From positions 44,383 through 64,382 of the forward strand of contig CAZBBK010000007.1 of NCBI GenBank assembly GCA_964490075.1: a DNA stretch of 20,000 nucleotides, written 5' to 3'. Source of the stretch: an uncultured Gemmatimonadota bacterium. GTDB taxonomy: Bacteria > GCA-2686955. The notes below the pieces were generated by a model, which was not told the origin of the DNA, made no database searches, and was given only the letters and a program-made list of their open reading frames with translations. Both the position numbers and the translations under genes were made by a program. Below are positions 8,688 through 17,731 of the stretch, one piece after another; the stretch's first letter is position 1; each line of letters begins with the position of its first letter.

Positions 8688-8713
8688 ATACCGGTCCGGG
8701 CAGTGGAGTTCAA
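8685..8713 (-). promoter_or_regulatory. Sigma70-type promoter for icd (TTGAAC-N17-TATAAA)
   Basis: Minus strand: -35 TTGAAC at 8713-8708, a 17-nt spacer, and -10 TATAAA at 8690-8685, about 80 nt upstream of the icd ATG. Confidence 0.6.
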
Positions 8714-8783
8714 CGCTGGGGGAGCGGGACGACCCCGGCGCGTCGCCATCGTCCCTGCCCGGGACAGAGCGCCCCCGGCCCGC

Positions 8784-8789
8784 TACCAT
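8784..8789 (+). promoter_or_regulatory. Candidate -10 element (TACCAT) for a leaderless nuclease transcript
   Basis: TAnnnT hexamer ending 6 nt before ATG 8796, with no SD in between. Confidence 0.4.
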
Positions 8790-8795
8790 CCTCCG

Positions 8796-10121
8796 ATGCT
8801 CACCAATCCCAACAAGACCCCGAGCGGAGCCCTGCTCTGCGTGGGAGATATCCATCTCGGACGCCGCCCTTCGCGGCTGCCGGAAGGGATCGGCGATTGG
8901 CTGCGCCCCGAAGAGCTGGCGCCGAGCGCCGCCTGGGCCGCGGCGGTAGAGGCGGCGATCGCGCGCCGGGTCGACGCGCTCCTTTTGGCCGGCGATGTGG
9001 TAGACGCCGAGGACGATTTTTTCGAGGCCTACACCCACCTGCGGCGCGGCGTCGACCGCCTGCTCGAGGCCGGAATCCGGGTGCTCGGCGTGGCCGGCAA
9101 CCACGACGTACGGGTGCTGCCGCGGCTGGCGGCCGAGATCGAAGGCTTCGTGCTGCTGGGGGCCGGCGGCGAGTGGCGCATCGAGGCGCTGCGCGACCGC
9201 GCCGGGCATGAGATCGCGCGCGTGCTGGGCTGGTCCTTCGCTGAACGCGAGCAGCGCGCTTCGCCCCTCGACGGCCTGCCGGGCGGACTGGGCGGCGAGA
9301 CCCCCCTGCTGGGACTGCTGCACTGCGACCTGGGCGCGACGCGAAGCCGCTACGCCCCGGTGGCGAGGGGGGCGCTGGCAGACTCCGCACCCGACGCCTG
9401 GCTCCTGGGGCACGTTCACAAGCCCGACTCGATGCAGGGACCGCGGCCGATCGGCTATCTGGGTTCGCTGGTAGGGCTCGATCCCGGCGAGACCGGGGCC
9501 CGCGGGCCCTGGCTCCTGCGCCTCGGCGACGGGCCGGGCGGCATCGAGATGAGTCAGCTGCCGCTGGCGCCGCTGCGCTGGGAGATCCAGGAGCTGAGGG
9601 TGGACGATCTAGAGCGAAGCGAGCGGCTCGAAGAGGGCGTGGTGGGCGCGCTCGAGGCGTTGCACGGGCGGCTCGCCGACGGCCTAGGGAAGACGAGCGC
9701 GGTCGGCTGCCGGATCCGGGTGGTCGGAGAGTGCGAGCGCTTCCTGGAGCTCGATGCAGCGATCGCGGCCGCCGATCCCGGCGCGCTGCTGCGGCGCTTC
9801 GAAGGCGTGGTCTACTTCGTGGAAGGGATCGAGAACCGGGCGCGTCCGGCGCGCGACCTGGCGGCGATGGCCCGCGGCGACGATCCCGCCGCCCTGCTGG
9901 CGCGGCGCCTGCTGTTGCTGGAGGCCGACCCCGACGACGCCGAGCGGGCGGAGCTGATCAGACGGGCGCGCGCGGCGCTGGAGGCGGAGGCGCGGGCACC
10001 GGCTTGGGGAGTGCTGGACACGGCGGCGGCGCTCGACGACCGGGCGCTGGCCGAGCGCTTGCGCAGCGCCGGCCGACGGGCGCTGGAGCGGCTGCTGGAG
10101 CAGAGAGGGAGCGGCGGATGA
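8796..10121 (+). CDS. Mre11/SbcD-like (YhaO-type) metallophosphoesterase DNA nuclease, about 441 aa
   Basis: All five calcineurin-like motifs are present: GDIHLG, AGDVVD, GNHD, LHCD and LLGHVH, followed by [18 protein letters not shown]. The likely start is MLTNPNK at 8796. Confidence 0.9.
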   Translation: MLTNPNKTPSGALLCVGDIHLGRRPSRLPEGIGDWLRPEELAPSAAWAAAVEAAIARRVDALLLAGDVVDAEDDFFEAYTHLRRGVDRLLEAGIRVLGVAGNHDVRVLPRLAAEIEGFVLLGAGGEWRIEALRDRAGHEIARVLGWSFAEREQRASPLDGLPGGLGGETPLLGLLHCDLGATRSRYAPVARGALADSAPDAWLLGHVHKPDSMQGPRPIGYLGSLVGLDPGETGARGPWLLRLGDGPGGIEMSQLPLAPLRWEIQELRVDDLERSERLEEGVVGALEALHGRLADGLGKTSAVGCRIRVVGECERFLELDAAIAAADPGALLRRFEGVVYFVEGIENRARPARDLAAMARGDDPAALLARRLLLLEADPDDAERAELIRRARAALEAEARAPAWGVLDTAAALDDRALAERLRSAGRRALERLLEQRGSGG

Positions 10122-13100
10122 GGCTCGAGCGGCTGGAGATTGGGCGCCTGCCGGGCATTCCGAAGGGCTTCACCTTGAGCGAGCTCGGAGCGGGGCTGAA
10201 CGTGGTGCTGGGACCGAATGCGTCGGGCAAGACCAGCATCTGCCGGGCGATCCGTGGGCTGCTCTGGCCGGCGCGAGAGGCGCTCGAGGCGGCGTCGATC
10301 GGCGGCCGCTTCGATGCCGAGGGCGTGAGCTGGGAGGCGCGACGCGAAGGGCCTCGGGTGACCTGGCGGCGCGAGGGAGAGCCCAGCGAGGCGCCGCCGA
10401 TTCCGGAGCAGCGGCTGGCTCACTGCTACCTGCTCGGAGTCGAGGAGCTGCTCGCGCTGGCGAACGACGAGGACGAGCTGGCCGGACGGATCTTGACCGA
10501 GATGGCGGGTGGCTTCGACGTGCCGGGGCTGCTGGATGAGCTCGTCAAGCAGAAGCCCCGCGGCAGGAGCGAGGGAGAGCGGGTGCGCAAGACGCGCGGC
10601 GAGCTGGCCAGGGTGCGCCGCGAGCAGGAGGATCTGGCGCGCCGCGAGCAGGAGCTCGACGATCTTCGCGCGGACTTGGCGGAGGCCGGCGAGGCAGCGA
10701 TCGAGGCCGCGGCGCTGGAGCAGGCCCGGCGGCTGGAGGCGGCGCGGCGGGCGCGCGAAGAGGCTCAGCAAGGACTGAGGGAATTCCCCGCGGAAATGGA
10801 GCGGCTGGCCGGCAACGAGCCGCAGCGGCTGGACGGACTGCGCAAGGAGCAGGAGGCCCAGCGGCAGCGCCTCAGGGAGCAGCAGAGCAAGGCGCGGCGG
10901 GCGCGGGAGGCGATCGAGGCCGCCGCCCTGGCGGAAGGAGCGGTCGATCGCTCGCGCCTCGACGCGCTGGAGCAGGCAATCGAGGAGCTGCTGCGGCGGG
11001 AGAACGATCTGCAGACGCTGGACCAGAGGATCGACGAGGCCGTCGCGCGTCTCGACCGAGCGCGCCAGGCACTGGCGGGGCGCGACTGGTCGGGCGAGAT
11101 GGCGCTCGACGGCGACGCGGTGAGCGAGGCGGAGGCCTGCCTCGTGGAGCTCCAGGCGCTGCGCGCCGAACGCTCCCGCCTGGAAGCCGAGCTCGAAGCG
11201 CGGACCGCCGATGAGCCGCAGACCGATCCCGACGCGTTGCGGGCGGCAACCGACGAGCTGACGCGCTGGCTAGAGGCCGGTACGGCCCCGGAAGGCGCCC
11301 AGGACTCGGGGCCGGCGATCTGGATGGTTCTCGCATCGGCGCTACTGGCGGTGGGCGGCGCCGCGGCCCTGGGTTGGACGCTGCACTGGACGGCGGCGTT
11401 GGCGGCGCTTCCCGCGCTCGCGCTGGCGTGGCTGGCGCTGCGGCGTGGGCCGGCGGCGGCTCCCCCGGTCGACCCGCGGCCGGGCTTCGTCGCGCGCTTT
11501 CGCGAGACCGGCTGCATCGAGCCGGAGCATTGGAACCGTGATTCGGTCGCGGTGCACCTGGAGAAGCTGGAGGAAGAGCGAGCGGCGGCGCTGGCGGCGC
11601 GCGCGCACGCACAGGAGCGGCAGCGGGCGGAATCCGAGCTGGAGCGGCTGCGGCCTCGGGAGGAGAAGAATGCCCGGCGCCGCGAGCGGCTGGCCAGCGA
11701 CTGCGGTCTGGCACCCTCGATCGCGGGTCTCGACCTGGTCGGCATGGCGCACCGCATCCGCGACCACGGACAGGCCGAGCAGGACCACGACGATGCGCTG
11801 CGGGCGCGGCGGCGAGCCGACGAGCGGAGCGGGGAGCTGGGAGCGGAGATCAGCGCGTTCCTGGAAGCGCACGGGGAGTCGCCGGACGGAGACGGGTCGC
11901 GGAACCTGCGGGCGGCGCTGGTCCGGCTGCGGCATCGCAGCGCCACCGTGCTCGGCGAGACCCGGGCGCTGCAAGAGTCCGAACAGGCGTGCGCGCAGCT
12001 GGGCGACGCGTTGGAGGCCAAGGCGGAGGAAGAGAGAGCGCTGTTCCGCGAGGCCGCCCTGACGCCGGACGACGAAGCCGAGCTGCGGCGGCGCTGCGAG
12101 CTGCTCGCGACCTATCGCACGGCGCGCCAGGACCTGGCCAGGAAAGAAGCCGTCGAGCAGAACGAGGCGAAGAGCCTGAAAGGACACGAGGAGCTCGCCG
12201 CGCTGGACACCGAGGAGCTCCAGCGGCGCGCCGCCGACGCCCGGCAGCGCGCCGGGGGGGTGCAAGACCTGACTCAACGGATCGCCGGAATCGTGGCGGA
12301 GCTCGCTCAGGCGCGCGGCGGCGCCCGACTCGGCGACGCGGCGGCGGCCCACGACGAAGCGCTGCGATGCGCGGCGGATGCGCGCGAGCAGGCGCTGGAG
12401 ATCGCCGCCGGTTGCTTCCTCCTGGAGGACGTGACCCGCGAGCACCTGCGCGAGGGCAGCCCGGTGGTGCTCACCCGAGCCCAGGACTGGTTCCAGCGCT
12501 TCACCGGCCACGCCTGGTCGCTGGGCGTCGAGGGCGGTGGCCTGGACGGCGCCGCTCCCCGCTTCCACGCCCGCGACCACAGCGCCGGAGAGCATCGAGC
12601 GCTGGCACAGCTCTCGAGCGGTACCCGCATGCAGCTCCTGATCGCGGTGCGCCTGGCCTTTGCCACCGAGGCGGAACCCGCTGGACCGATTCCGCTTCTG
12701 CTCGACGAGGCGCTGACCACCAGCGACCCCGAGCGCTACTCCGCGGTGGTGGGCTGTTTGAAGGTGCTGGCCGCGGATGACCAACGGCAGATCATCTACT
12801 TGACCTCGCAGCCCTGGGACGCGGCGCAATGGGGCACCGAGGGGGTCGACGGAGCCGGGTCTGCCGCGCTGAAGCGGATCGACCTGGCGGAAGTGCGGCG
12901 CCTCGCCACCGGCGCCACCGCGCCCGCGGAGCTGCACCTGCCGCCGGCGCGAGAGATCCCCGATCCGACCGGCATGACGCCGGAGCACTTCGGAGCGGCG
13001 ATCGGAGCTCGACGTTTCGACCCCTTCGAAGAGGCCGGCGCGCTACATCTCTTCCACCTGCTGCGCGACGACCTGGTCCTGGTGACGAGGCTGCTGCGCC

Positions 13101-13615
13101 AGGGCTACGAGCATTGCGGCCAGGTGCAAGCACTGCTGGAGAGCGACGCGGCGGCGACCCTGCTCGATGCGACCCAGGCCGAAACGCTGAACGCGCGCAT
13201 CGACGTGGTGGACGCCTTCCTGGAGAGCTGGAGAATCGGCCGCGGCGCTCCGCTCGACCGCGACCGACTGAGCCAGGCCGGGGTGCCCGACTCCTTCATC
13301 GACCGCATCGCCGAGCTGGCGGACGAGCTGCACGGCGATGCGGCGGCATTGCTGGCGGCGATCGAAGATCGCGTCGATCCGCGGGTGAAGCGCTTCCAGC
13401 GGAAGACCCTCACCAAACTGCGCGAGAACCTGGAGCGCGCCGGCCATCTCGACACGCGGCCGGTGCTGGAGCCCTGCGAGCTGAAGAGCCGTGTGCTGGG
13501 CGCGGCCGCCGCAGCGATCGAGGCGGGCCGGCTGAGAGCCGAGCAGGTCGGCCGCCTGGTCGATGAGCTGTCGGAGCTGGCGGCCCGCGAGCATGGGACC
13601 GCCGCAACGCCCTGA
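10118..13615 (+). CDS. Rad50/SbcC-like (YhaN/AAA_27-type) coiled-coil ABC-type ATPase with central transmembrane segment, 1165 aa
   Basis: The start overlaps the nuclease stop codon (ATGA, 10118-10121). MRLERLEI...Walker A GPNASGKT, a long E/R/A/L coiled coil, a hydrophobic stretch AIWMVLASALLAVGG...LALAWLAL, signature LSSGT, Walker B LLLDE and QIIYLTSQ. Confidence 0.9.
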   Translation: MRLERLEIGRLPGIPKGFTLSELGAGLNVVLGPNASGKTSICRAIRGLLWPAREALEAASIGGRFDAEGVSWEARREGPRVTWRREGEPSEAPPIPEQRLAHCYLLGVEELLALANDEDELAGRILTEMAGGFDVPGLLDELVKQKPRGRSEGERVRKTRGELARVRREQEDLARREQELDDLRADLAEAGEAAIEAAALEQARRLEAARRAREEAQQGLREFPAEMERLAGNEPQRLDGLRKEQEAQRQRLREQQSKARRAREAIEAAALAEGAVDRSRLDALEQAIEELLRRENDLQTLDQRIDEAVARLDRARQALAGRDWSGEMALDGDAVSEAEACLVELQALRAERSRLEAELEARTADEPQTDPDALRAATDELTRWLEAGTAPEGAQDSGPAIWMVLASALLAVGGAAALGWTLHWTAALAALPALALAWLALRRGPAAAPPVDPRPGFVARFRETGCIEPEHWNRDSVAVHLEKLEEERAAALAARAHAQERQRAESELERLRPREEKNARRRERLASDCGLAPSIAGLDLVGMAHRIRDHGQAEQDHDDALRARRRADERSGELGAEISAFLEAHGESPDGDGSRNLRAALVRLRHRSATVLGETRALQESEQACAQLGDALEAKAEEERALFREAALTPDDEAELRRRCELLATYRTARQDLARKEAVEQNEAKSLKGHEELAALDTEELQRRAADARQRAGGVQDLTQRIAGIVAELAQARGGARLGDAAAAHDEALRCAADAREQALEIAAGCFLLEDVTREHLREGSPVVLTRAQDWFQRFTGHAWSLGVEGGGLDGAAPRFHARDHSAGEHRALAQLSSGTRMQLLIAVRLAFATEAEPAGPIPLLLDEALTTSDPERYSAVVGCLKVLAADDQRQIIYLTSQPWDAAQWGTEGVDGAGSAALKRIDLAEVRRLATGATAPAELHLPPAREIPDPTGMTPEHFGAAIGARRFDPFEEAGALHLFHLLRDDLVLVTRLLRQGYEHCGQVQALLESDAAATLLDATQAETLNARIDVVDAFLESWRIGRGAPLDRDRLSQAGVPDSFIDRIAELADELHGDAAALLAAIEDRVDPRVKRFQRKTLTKLRENLERAGHLDTRPVLEPCELKSRVLGAAAAAIEAGRLRAEQVGRLVDELSELAAREHGTAATP

Positions 13616-14104
13616 TCAGAACATCATCCCCACGATCTCCCCGCTGCAGACCAGGCCGCCGTCCTCCTTCAAGAGCTCGCCACGCCACCGGAACAGGTTG
13701 CGCGACTCGTTGAAGGCGGTGATCTGCCCGGCCACCCAGAGCTTCTCTCCGGGTCCCACCGAGCGCCGGAATCGCACCCGGTCGACCCCGGCGAAGCCCA
13801 GGAAGCTGCCGGGCGGGTTACCGGCGTCGAGGTGGACGTGCATCGATCCGGCCTGGGCGAGCGTCTCGACCATCAGCACTCCGGGGAGCAGGGGGCGCCC
13901 GGGCAGATGGCCGGCGCACCACCACTCTTCCTCGCCGACCTCGCGGCTGCCGACCAGCAGGTTGGCGTCGCGGTCGTGGTGCAGGATGTTGGTGAGCTGC
14001 AGGAACTCGTGCCGCTGCGGGTTGTAGCGGCCGAACTCTTCCGGCCCCATGAGGACCCGGTCGAGCGGGTAGTCCTGGGGGGAGATGAGGGTCTTCTTGG
14101 CCAT
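13616..14104 (-). CDS. fabZ: 3-hydroxyacyl-ACP dehydratase (FabZ/FabA hotdog family; FabZ-type His-Glu dyad)
   Basis: NPQRHEFLQL (cf. LPHRYPFLLVD), GHLPGRPLLPGVLMVETLAQ and VRFRRSVGPGEKL. Confidence 0.85.
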   Translation of the reverse strand: MAKKTLISPQDYPLDRVLMGPEEFGRYNPQRHEFLQLTNILHHDRDANLLVGSREVGEEEWWCAGHLPGRPLLPGVLMVETLAQAGSMHVHLDAGNPPGSFLGFAGVDRVRFRRSVGPGEKLWVAGQITAFNESRNLFRWRGELLKEDGGLVCSGEIVGMMF

Positions 14105-14110
14105 GAGATC

Positions 14111-15667
14111 CTAGGGGACTGTGATCCGTTTCATGATTTGCCCGACGTGGCCGCCGGGATAGGCGCCCACCTCGACCACCAGATCGTAATCGCCCGCCGG
14201 GGCCGACGCCGGCACGATGATCGGAATCACCCTGTCATTGGTCTCCCCCGGGGCGAGGACGAAGCTCTGCACCGGCGCCAGCGGCTGGCGCACATTCGCG
14301 CTCTCGACCTCGGCCGAAGCCCACAGGTCGAGGCTCTGATCGGCCGCGAGGGTATTGGTCACCGACACCTCGATCGTCACGGTGTCGCCGGGGGCTGCCT
14401 GCTCCGGCACCCCGCTCACGCTCATCTCGTTGCCCAGCACCGCCCAGGGATAGTCGGCGAGCTCGATGAAAAGGCGCTGCGCGTAGCGGTTCTCGTCCAC
14501 CAAGGCCGGAATCTGGCTCTCGTTGGGCCAGAAGCTGGAGCCGACCTCGGCGGTGAAGGAGAAGGTCTTGGCCTTGCCGCCGCCGCGCTCGCCGTACATG
14601 AAATCGTCCCACTCACCATTGGCGGTATAGATGGCGCCCGACTTCGGATTGCCGGCCAGATAGCCGTTGAAGCGCGTGGCCTCCTCGCCGAGGGCCTGGA
14701 AAAGGGCGTGGTCGGGGGTGTCGGCCCGCCGGTAGCTCCAGGTGTAGAGGAAGAGATCGCCGTAAGAGTGGTAAGAGATGCAGAGCGCGAAGTCGTTCTC
14801 CTCGACCAGCGGCACCATCGCCTGGGCTTCCGGCTCCGAGAGGGGTGCGACTCCCCGATAGGTCTCCATGAACTTCCAGCTGCTCGACCCGATCTCGTCG
14901 TAGCCCCACTGGTAGCTCCAGTTGCGATTCAGGTCGACGCCCCACTTCCACGCCAAGAACGCGCCGTTGCGGTTGCGGTTCTTGCGCCACATGGCGTTGT
15001 TCTCGGCCACGGTGTGGTGGCCGTCGGGATTGAGCATCGGTACCACCCAGATCTCGCGCGAGTCGACCCACTCGGTGATCTGTGGATCCGTGCCATAGGC
15101 ATCGGTCAGATCGTGGATCAGCTCCAGTGGGATTTCGACCGTCAGTACCTCGCGGGCGTGGGTGTTGCCGATGAAGAGCAGGGCCGGCTCGTCCGGCTCT
15201 TCGACCTCGGGCTGGTCGGTGATCTTGACCGCCCAGATGCGTCGATCCTGGCCTTTGTGCAGCGTCTCCCAGGTGGGACCCAGATCGTAGACCCGCAGGA
15301 TCTCGGAATGATCGAGCACCGCCTGGTCGAGCTCGGCGAGCAACTCGTCGTAGGTGTGGTAGGCGCCCATTTCGCCGTCGGCGTTGACCTGGGCGTCGAA
15401 GTGGGCCTGGACATCGTCGATCAAGGTGTAGCCCGAGTAGCCGAGCTGCTCGAGCTGGCGGCGCTCGGCCGGCGTCGCCAACACGTCGAGATCGCCCCAG
15501 GCGGTGGGGTGTTCGGTGGCGATGTCGACTCCGAGCGCGCGCAGGTGCACGACCTCCGAGGCGTGCAAAGCGGGGAGTCGAAGCAGAGCGACCGGTTGGG
15601 GAAGGGTCGCCACGGCTGCGGGTGCGAGTCCGAGCAGGCTCAGCGCGAGAGGAACGAGGCGCTTCAT
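14111..15667 (-). CDS. Secreted M14 zinc carboxypeptidase (carboxypeptidase T-like) with C-terminal Ig-like domain, 518 aa
   Basis: Start MKRLVPLALSLLGLAPAAVA (signal peptide, SD AGGAG). Zinc and catalytic motifs HARE, WRKNR, GVDLNRN, YRG..PLSEPE, SYHSY and FTAE. The last 100 aa or so form a beta-rich tail. Confidence 0.92.
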   Translation of the reverse strand: MKRLVPLALSLLGLAPAAVATLPQPVALLRLPALHASEVVHLRALGVDIATEHPTAWGDLDVLATPAERRQLEQLGYSGYTLIDDVQAHFDAQVNADGEMGAYHTYDELLAELDQAVLDHSEILRVYDLGPTWETLHKGQDRRIWAVKITDQPEVEEPDEPALLFIGNTHAREVLTVEIPLELIHDLTDAYGTDPQITEWVDSREIWVVPMLNPDGHHTVAENNAMWRKNRNRNGAFLAWKWGVDLNRNWSYQWGYDEIGSSSWKFMETYRGVAPLSEPEAQAMVPLVEENDFALCISYHSYGDLFLYTWSYRRADTPDHALFQALGEEATRFNGYLAGNPKSGAIYTANGEWDDFMYGERGGGKAKTFSFTAEVGSSFWPNESQIPALVDENRYAQRLFIELADYPWAVLGNEMSVSGVPEQAAPGDTVTIEVSVTNTLAADQSLDLWASAEVESANVRQPLAPVQSFVLAPGETNDRVIPIIVPASAPAGDYDLVVEVGAYPGGHVGQIMKRITVP

Positions 15668-15707
15668 GGGATCTCCTGGCTGGAACAGAGTTCCCCCCCG
15701 TCGGCCC

Positions 15708-15716
15708 ATCGTAACA
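15708..15716 (-). promoter_or_regulatory. Candidate extended -10 promoter (TGtTACGAT) for carboxypeptidase-fabZ
   Basis: TGn-TAnnAT about 40 nt upstream of ATG 15667, in the uvrB/carboxypeptidase gap. Confidence 0.4.
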
Positions 15717-15741
15717 AGGCGACCCGACCCCGGCGCCCCTT

Positions 15742-17724
15742 CTACGAGGGCCTGCCCCGAATCGCCAGCAGCTCGTCGCGCAGCGCCGCGGCACGCTCGA
15801 ACTCGAGTGCTTCGGCGGCCCGCCGCATCTCGGCCTCTAGCTCGATCGCCCGCTGGGCCGCGGTCTGGCCGGCGCGTCTGGCTGGCGCCCGCGGCACCGT
15901 CTTGCGTCGCTCCTTCTTCCCGCCCAGCGCCCCCGGGGCCAGCAGATCGTCGACCGAGCGGACGATGCCGCGCGGCTCGATCCCATGCTCTCGGTTGTGC
16001 GCCATCTGCTTGGTTCGCCGCCGGTCCATCTCGTCCAATGCCCTCTGCATCGACTCGGTCACCCGGTCGGCGTACATCACCACGGCGCCGGCCACATTGC
16101 GGGCCGCGCGCCCCGCGGTCTGGATCAGGGAACGAGTGCTGCGTAGGTAGCCCTCCTTGTCGGCGTCGAGGATCGCCACCAGCGAGACCTCCGGCAGATC
16201 GAGGCCTTCGCGCAACAGGTTGATCCCGACCAGCACGTCGAAGGAGCCGAGCCGCAGGTCGCGGATCAGCTCCACCCGGTCGAGCGCGTCGATCTCGGAG
16301 TGCAGGTAGCGCGCGTTTACGCCGTGTTCGTTCAGGTAGTCGGTCAGATCCTCCGCCATGCGCTTGGTCAGCGTGGTCACCAGGACCCGCTCCTTGCGCT
16401 CCACACGCGCCGCGATCTCGCGCAGCAGGTCATCGATCTGGCCTCGGGTCGAACGCACGCTGACCTCGGGATCGACCAGGCCGGTGGGCCGGATGATCTG
16501 TTCGACGATCCGCCCGCCGCAACGCATCAGCTCGTAATCCGCGGGTGTGGCCGAGATATAGATCACCCGCTTGCGCAGCGCCTCGAATTCCCCGAAACTC
16601 TGCGGCCGGTTGTCTAGCGCGGAAGGCAGCCGGAAGCCGTGTTCCACCAACGTCTCCTTGCGCGATCGGTCCCCCTTGTACATCCCTCCGGCCTGCGGGA
16701 CCGCCACGTGCGACTCGTCGATCACCATCAGGTAGTCGTCGGGGAAGAAGTCCAGCAGACAGGCCGGTCGCTCGCCGGCCGCGCGCCCGGTCAGGTGGCG
16801 TGAGTAGTTCTCGATGCCAGAGCAGTAGCCGAGCTCGCGCAGCATCTCCAGGTCGTAGCGCGTGCGCGTGCGCAGGCGCTGCGCTTCGAGCAGCTTGCCC
16901 CCGGACTCCAGCTCTTCCAGGCGCATTCCCAGCTCCGCCTCGATCGCCTCGAGCGCAGCATCCAGCCGTGCCCGGCTGGTCACGAAATGCTTGGCCGGGT
17001 AGATCCCGACCTGCTCGGTTCGTTGCAACACTTTTCCGGTCAGCACCTCGAAGCGGCTGATGCGGTCGATCTCGTCGCCGAAGACCTCGATCCGGACCCC
17101 GACCTCATCGTAGATCGGCACCACCTCCACCACATCGCCGCGCACCCGAAAGGTGCCCGGCCGCAGCTCGGCATCGTTGCGCTCGTACTGGATCTCTACC
17201 AGCCTGCGCAGAATATCGTCGCGATCGATTCGTTCCCCGACTGCAAGGAAGAGCAAGAGCTCGCGGTAGGTGGCCGGGTCGCCCAGTCCGTAGATGCAGG
17301 AGACCGACGCCACCACGATCACGTCGCGCCGGGTCAGCAGCCCGGCGGTGGCGCGCAGCCGCAGGCGGTCGATCTGCTCGTTGATCGAGGCATCCTTGGC
17401 GATGTAGGTATCGGTGGTGGGGATGTACGCTTCCGGCTGGTAGTAATCGTAGTAGCTGATGAAGTACTCGACCGCGTTGCGCGGGAAGAAGGCCCTGAAC
17501 TCGCCGTAGAGCTGGGCAGCCAGGGTCTTGTTGGGCGAGAGCACCAGGGTCGGACGGTTGACCCGGGCAATCACGTTGGCCACGGTGAAGGTCTTGCCGC
17601 TGCCGGTCACGCCGAGCAGCGTCTGATCGCTGCGACCCTCTTCGATGCCCGCGGTGAGCGCCTCAATCGCCGATCCCTGGTCACCGCTGGGAGTAAAGTC
17701 CGCCTCCAGCTCGAATCGATCCAT
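15742..17724 (-). CDS. uvrB: Excinuclease ABC subunit UvrB, 660 aa
   Basis: [21 protein letters not shown], beta-hairpin [53 protein letters not shown] and the C-terminal UVR motif [11 protein letters not shown]. Confidence 0.98.
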   Translation of the reverse strand: MDRFELEADFTPSGDQGSAIEALTAGIEEGRSDQTLLGVTGSGKTFTVANVIARVNRPTLVLSPNKTLAAQLYGEFRAFFPRNAVEYFISYYDYYQPEAYIPTTDTYIAKDASINEQIDRLRLRATAGLLTRRDVIVVASVSCIYGLGDPATYRELLLFLAVGERIDRDDILRRLVEIQYERNDAELRPGTFRVRGDVVEVVPIYDEVGVRIEVFGDEIDRISRFEVLTGKVLQRTEQVGIYPAKHFVTSRARLDAALEAIEAELGMRLEELESGGKLLEAQRLRTRTRYDLEMLRELGYCSGIENYSRHLTGRAAGERPACLLDFFPDDYLMVIDESHVAVPQAGGMYKGDRSRKETLVEHGFRLPSALDNRPQSFGEFEALRKRVIYISATPADYELMRCGGRIVEQIIRPTGLVDPEVSVRSTRGQIDDLLREIAARVERKERVLVTTLTKRMAEDLTDYLNEHGVNARYLHSEIDALDRVELIRDLRLGSFDVLVGINLLREGLDLPEVSLVAILDADKEGYLRSTRSLIQTAGRAARNVAGAVVMYADRVTESMQRALDEMDRRRTKQMAHNREHGIEPRGIVRSVDDLLAPGALGGKKERRKTVPRAPARRAGQTAAQRAIELEAEMRRAAEALEFERAAALRDELLAIRGRPS

Positions 17725-17731
17725 GGCGCGG

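Noticed and set aside
8607..9419. Extended N-terminus of the IDH ORF (1012 aa) overlapping the nuclease gene
   Set aside because: IDH homology begins at MTAKIIWTK (8606), which has a strong SD and promoter. The extension is antisense shadow of the nuclease.
15682..15694. GGAAC-AGA-GTTCC as a Gram-positive-type SOS box
   Set aside because: The spacer is 3 nt rather than 4, and it lies downstream of uvrB in the carboxypeptidase leader. A small leader hairpin is more likely.
3734..16150. Long antisense ORFs (e.g. 3734..5005, 7578..8660, 11342..12988, 13832..16150)
   Set aside because: They mirror well-supported genes on the opposite strand, carry no motifs and are expected from GC-biased codon usage.
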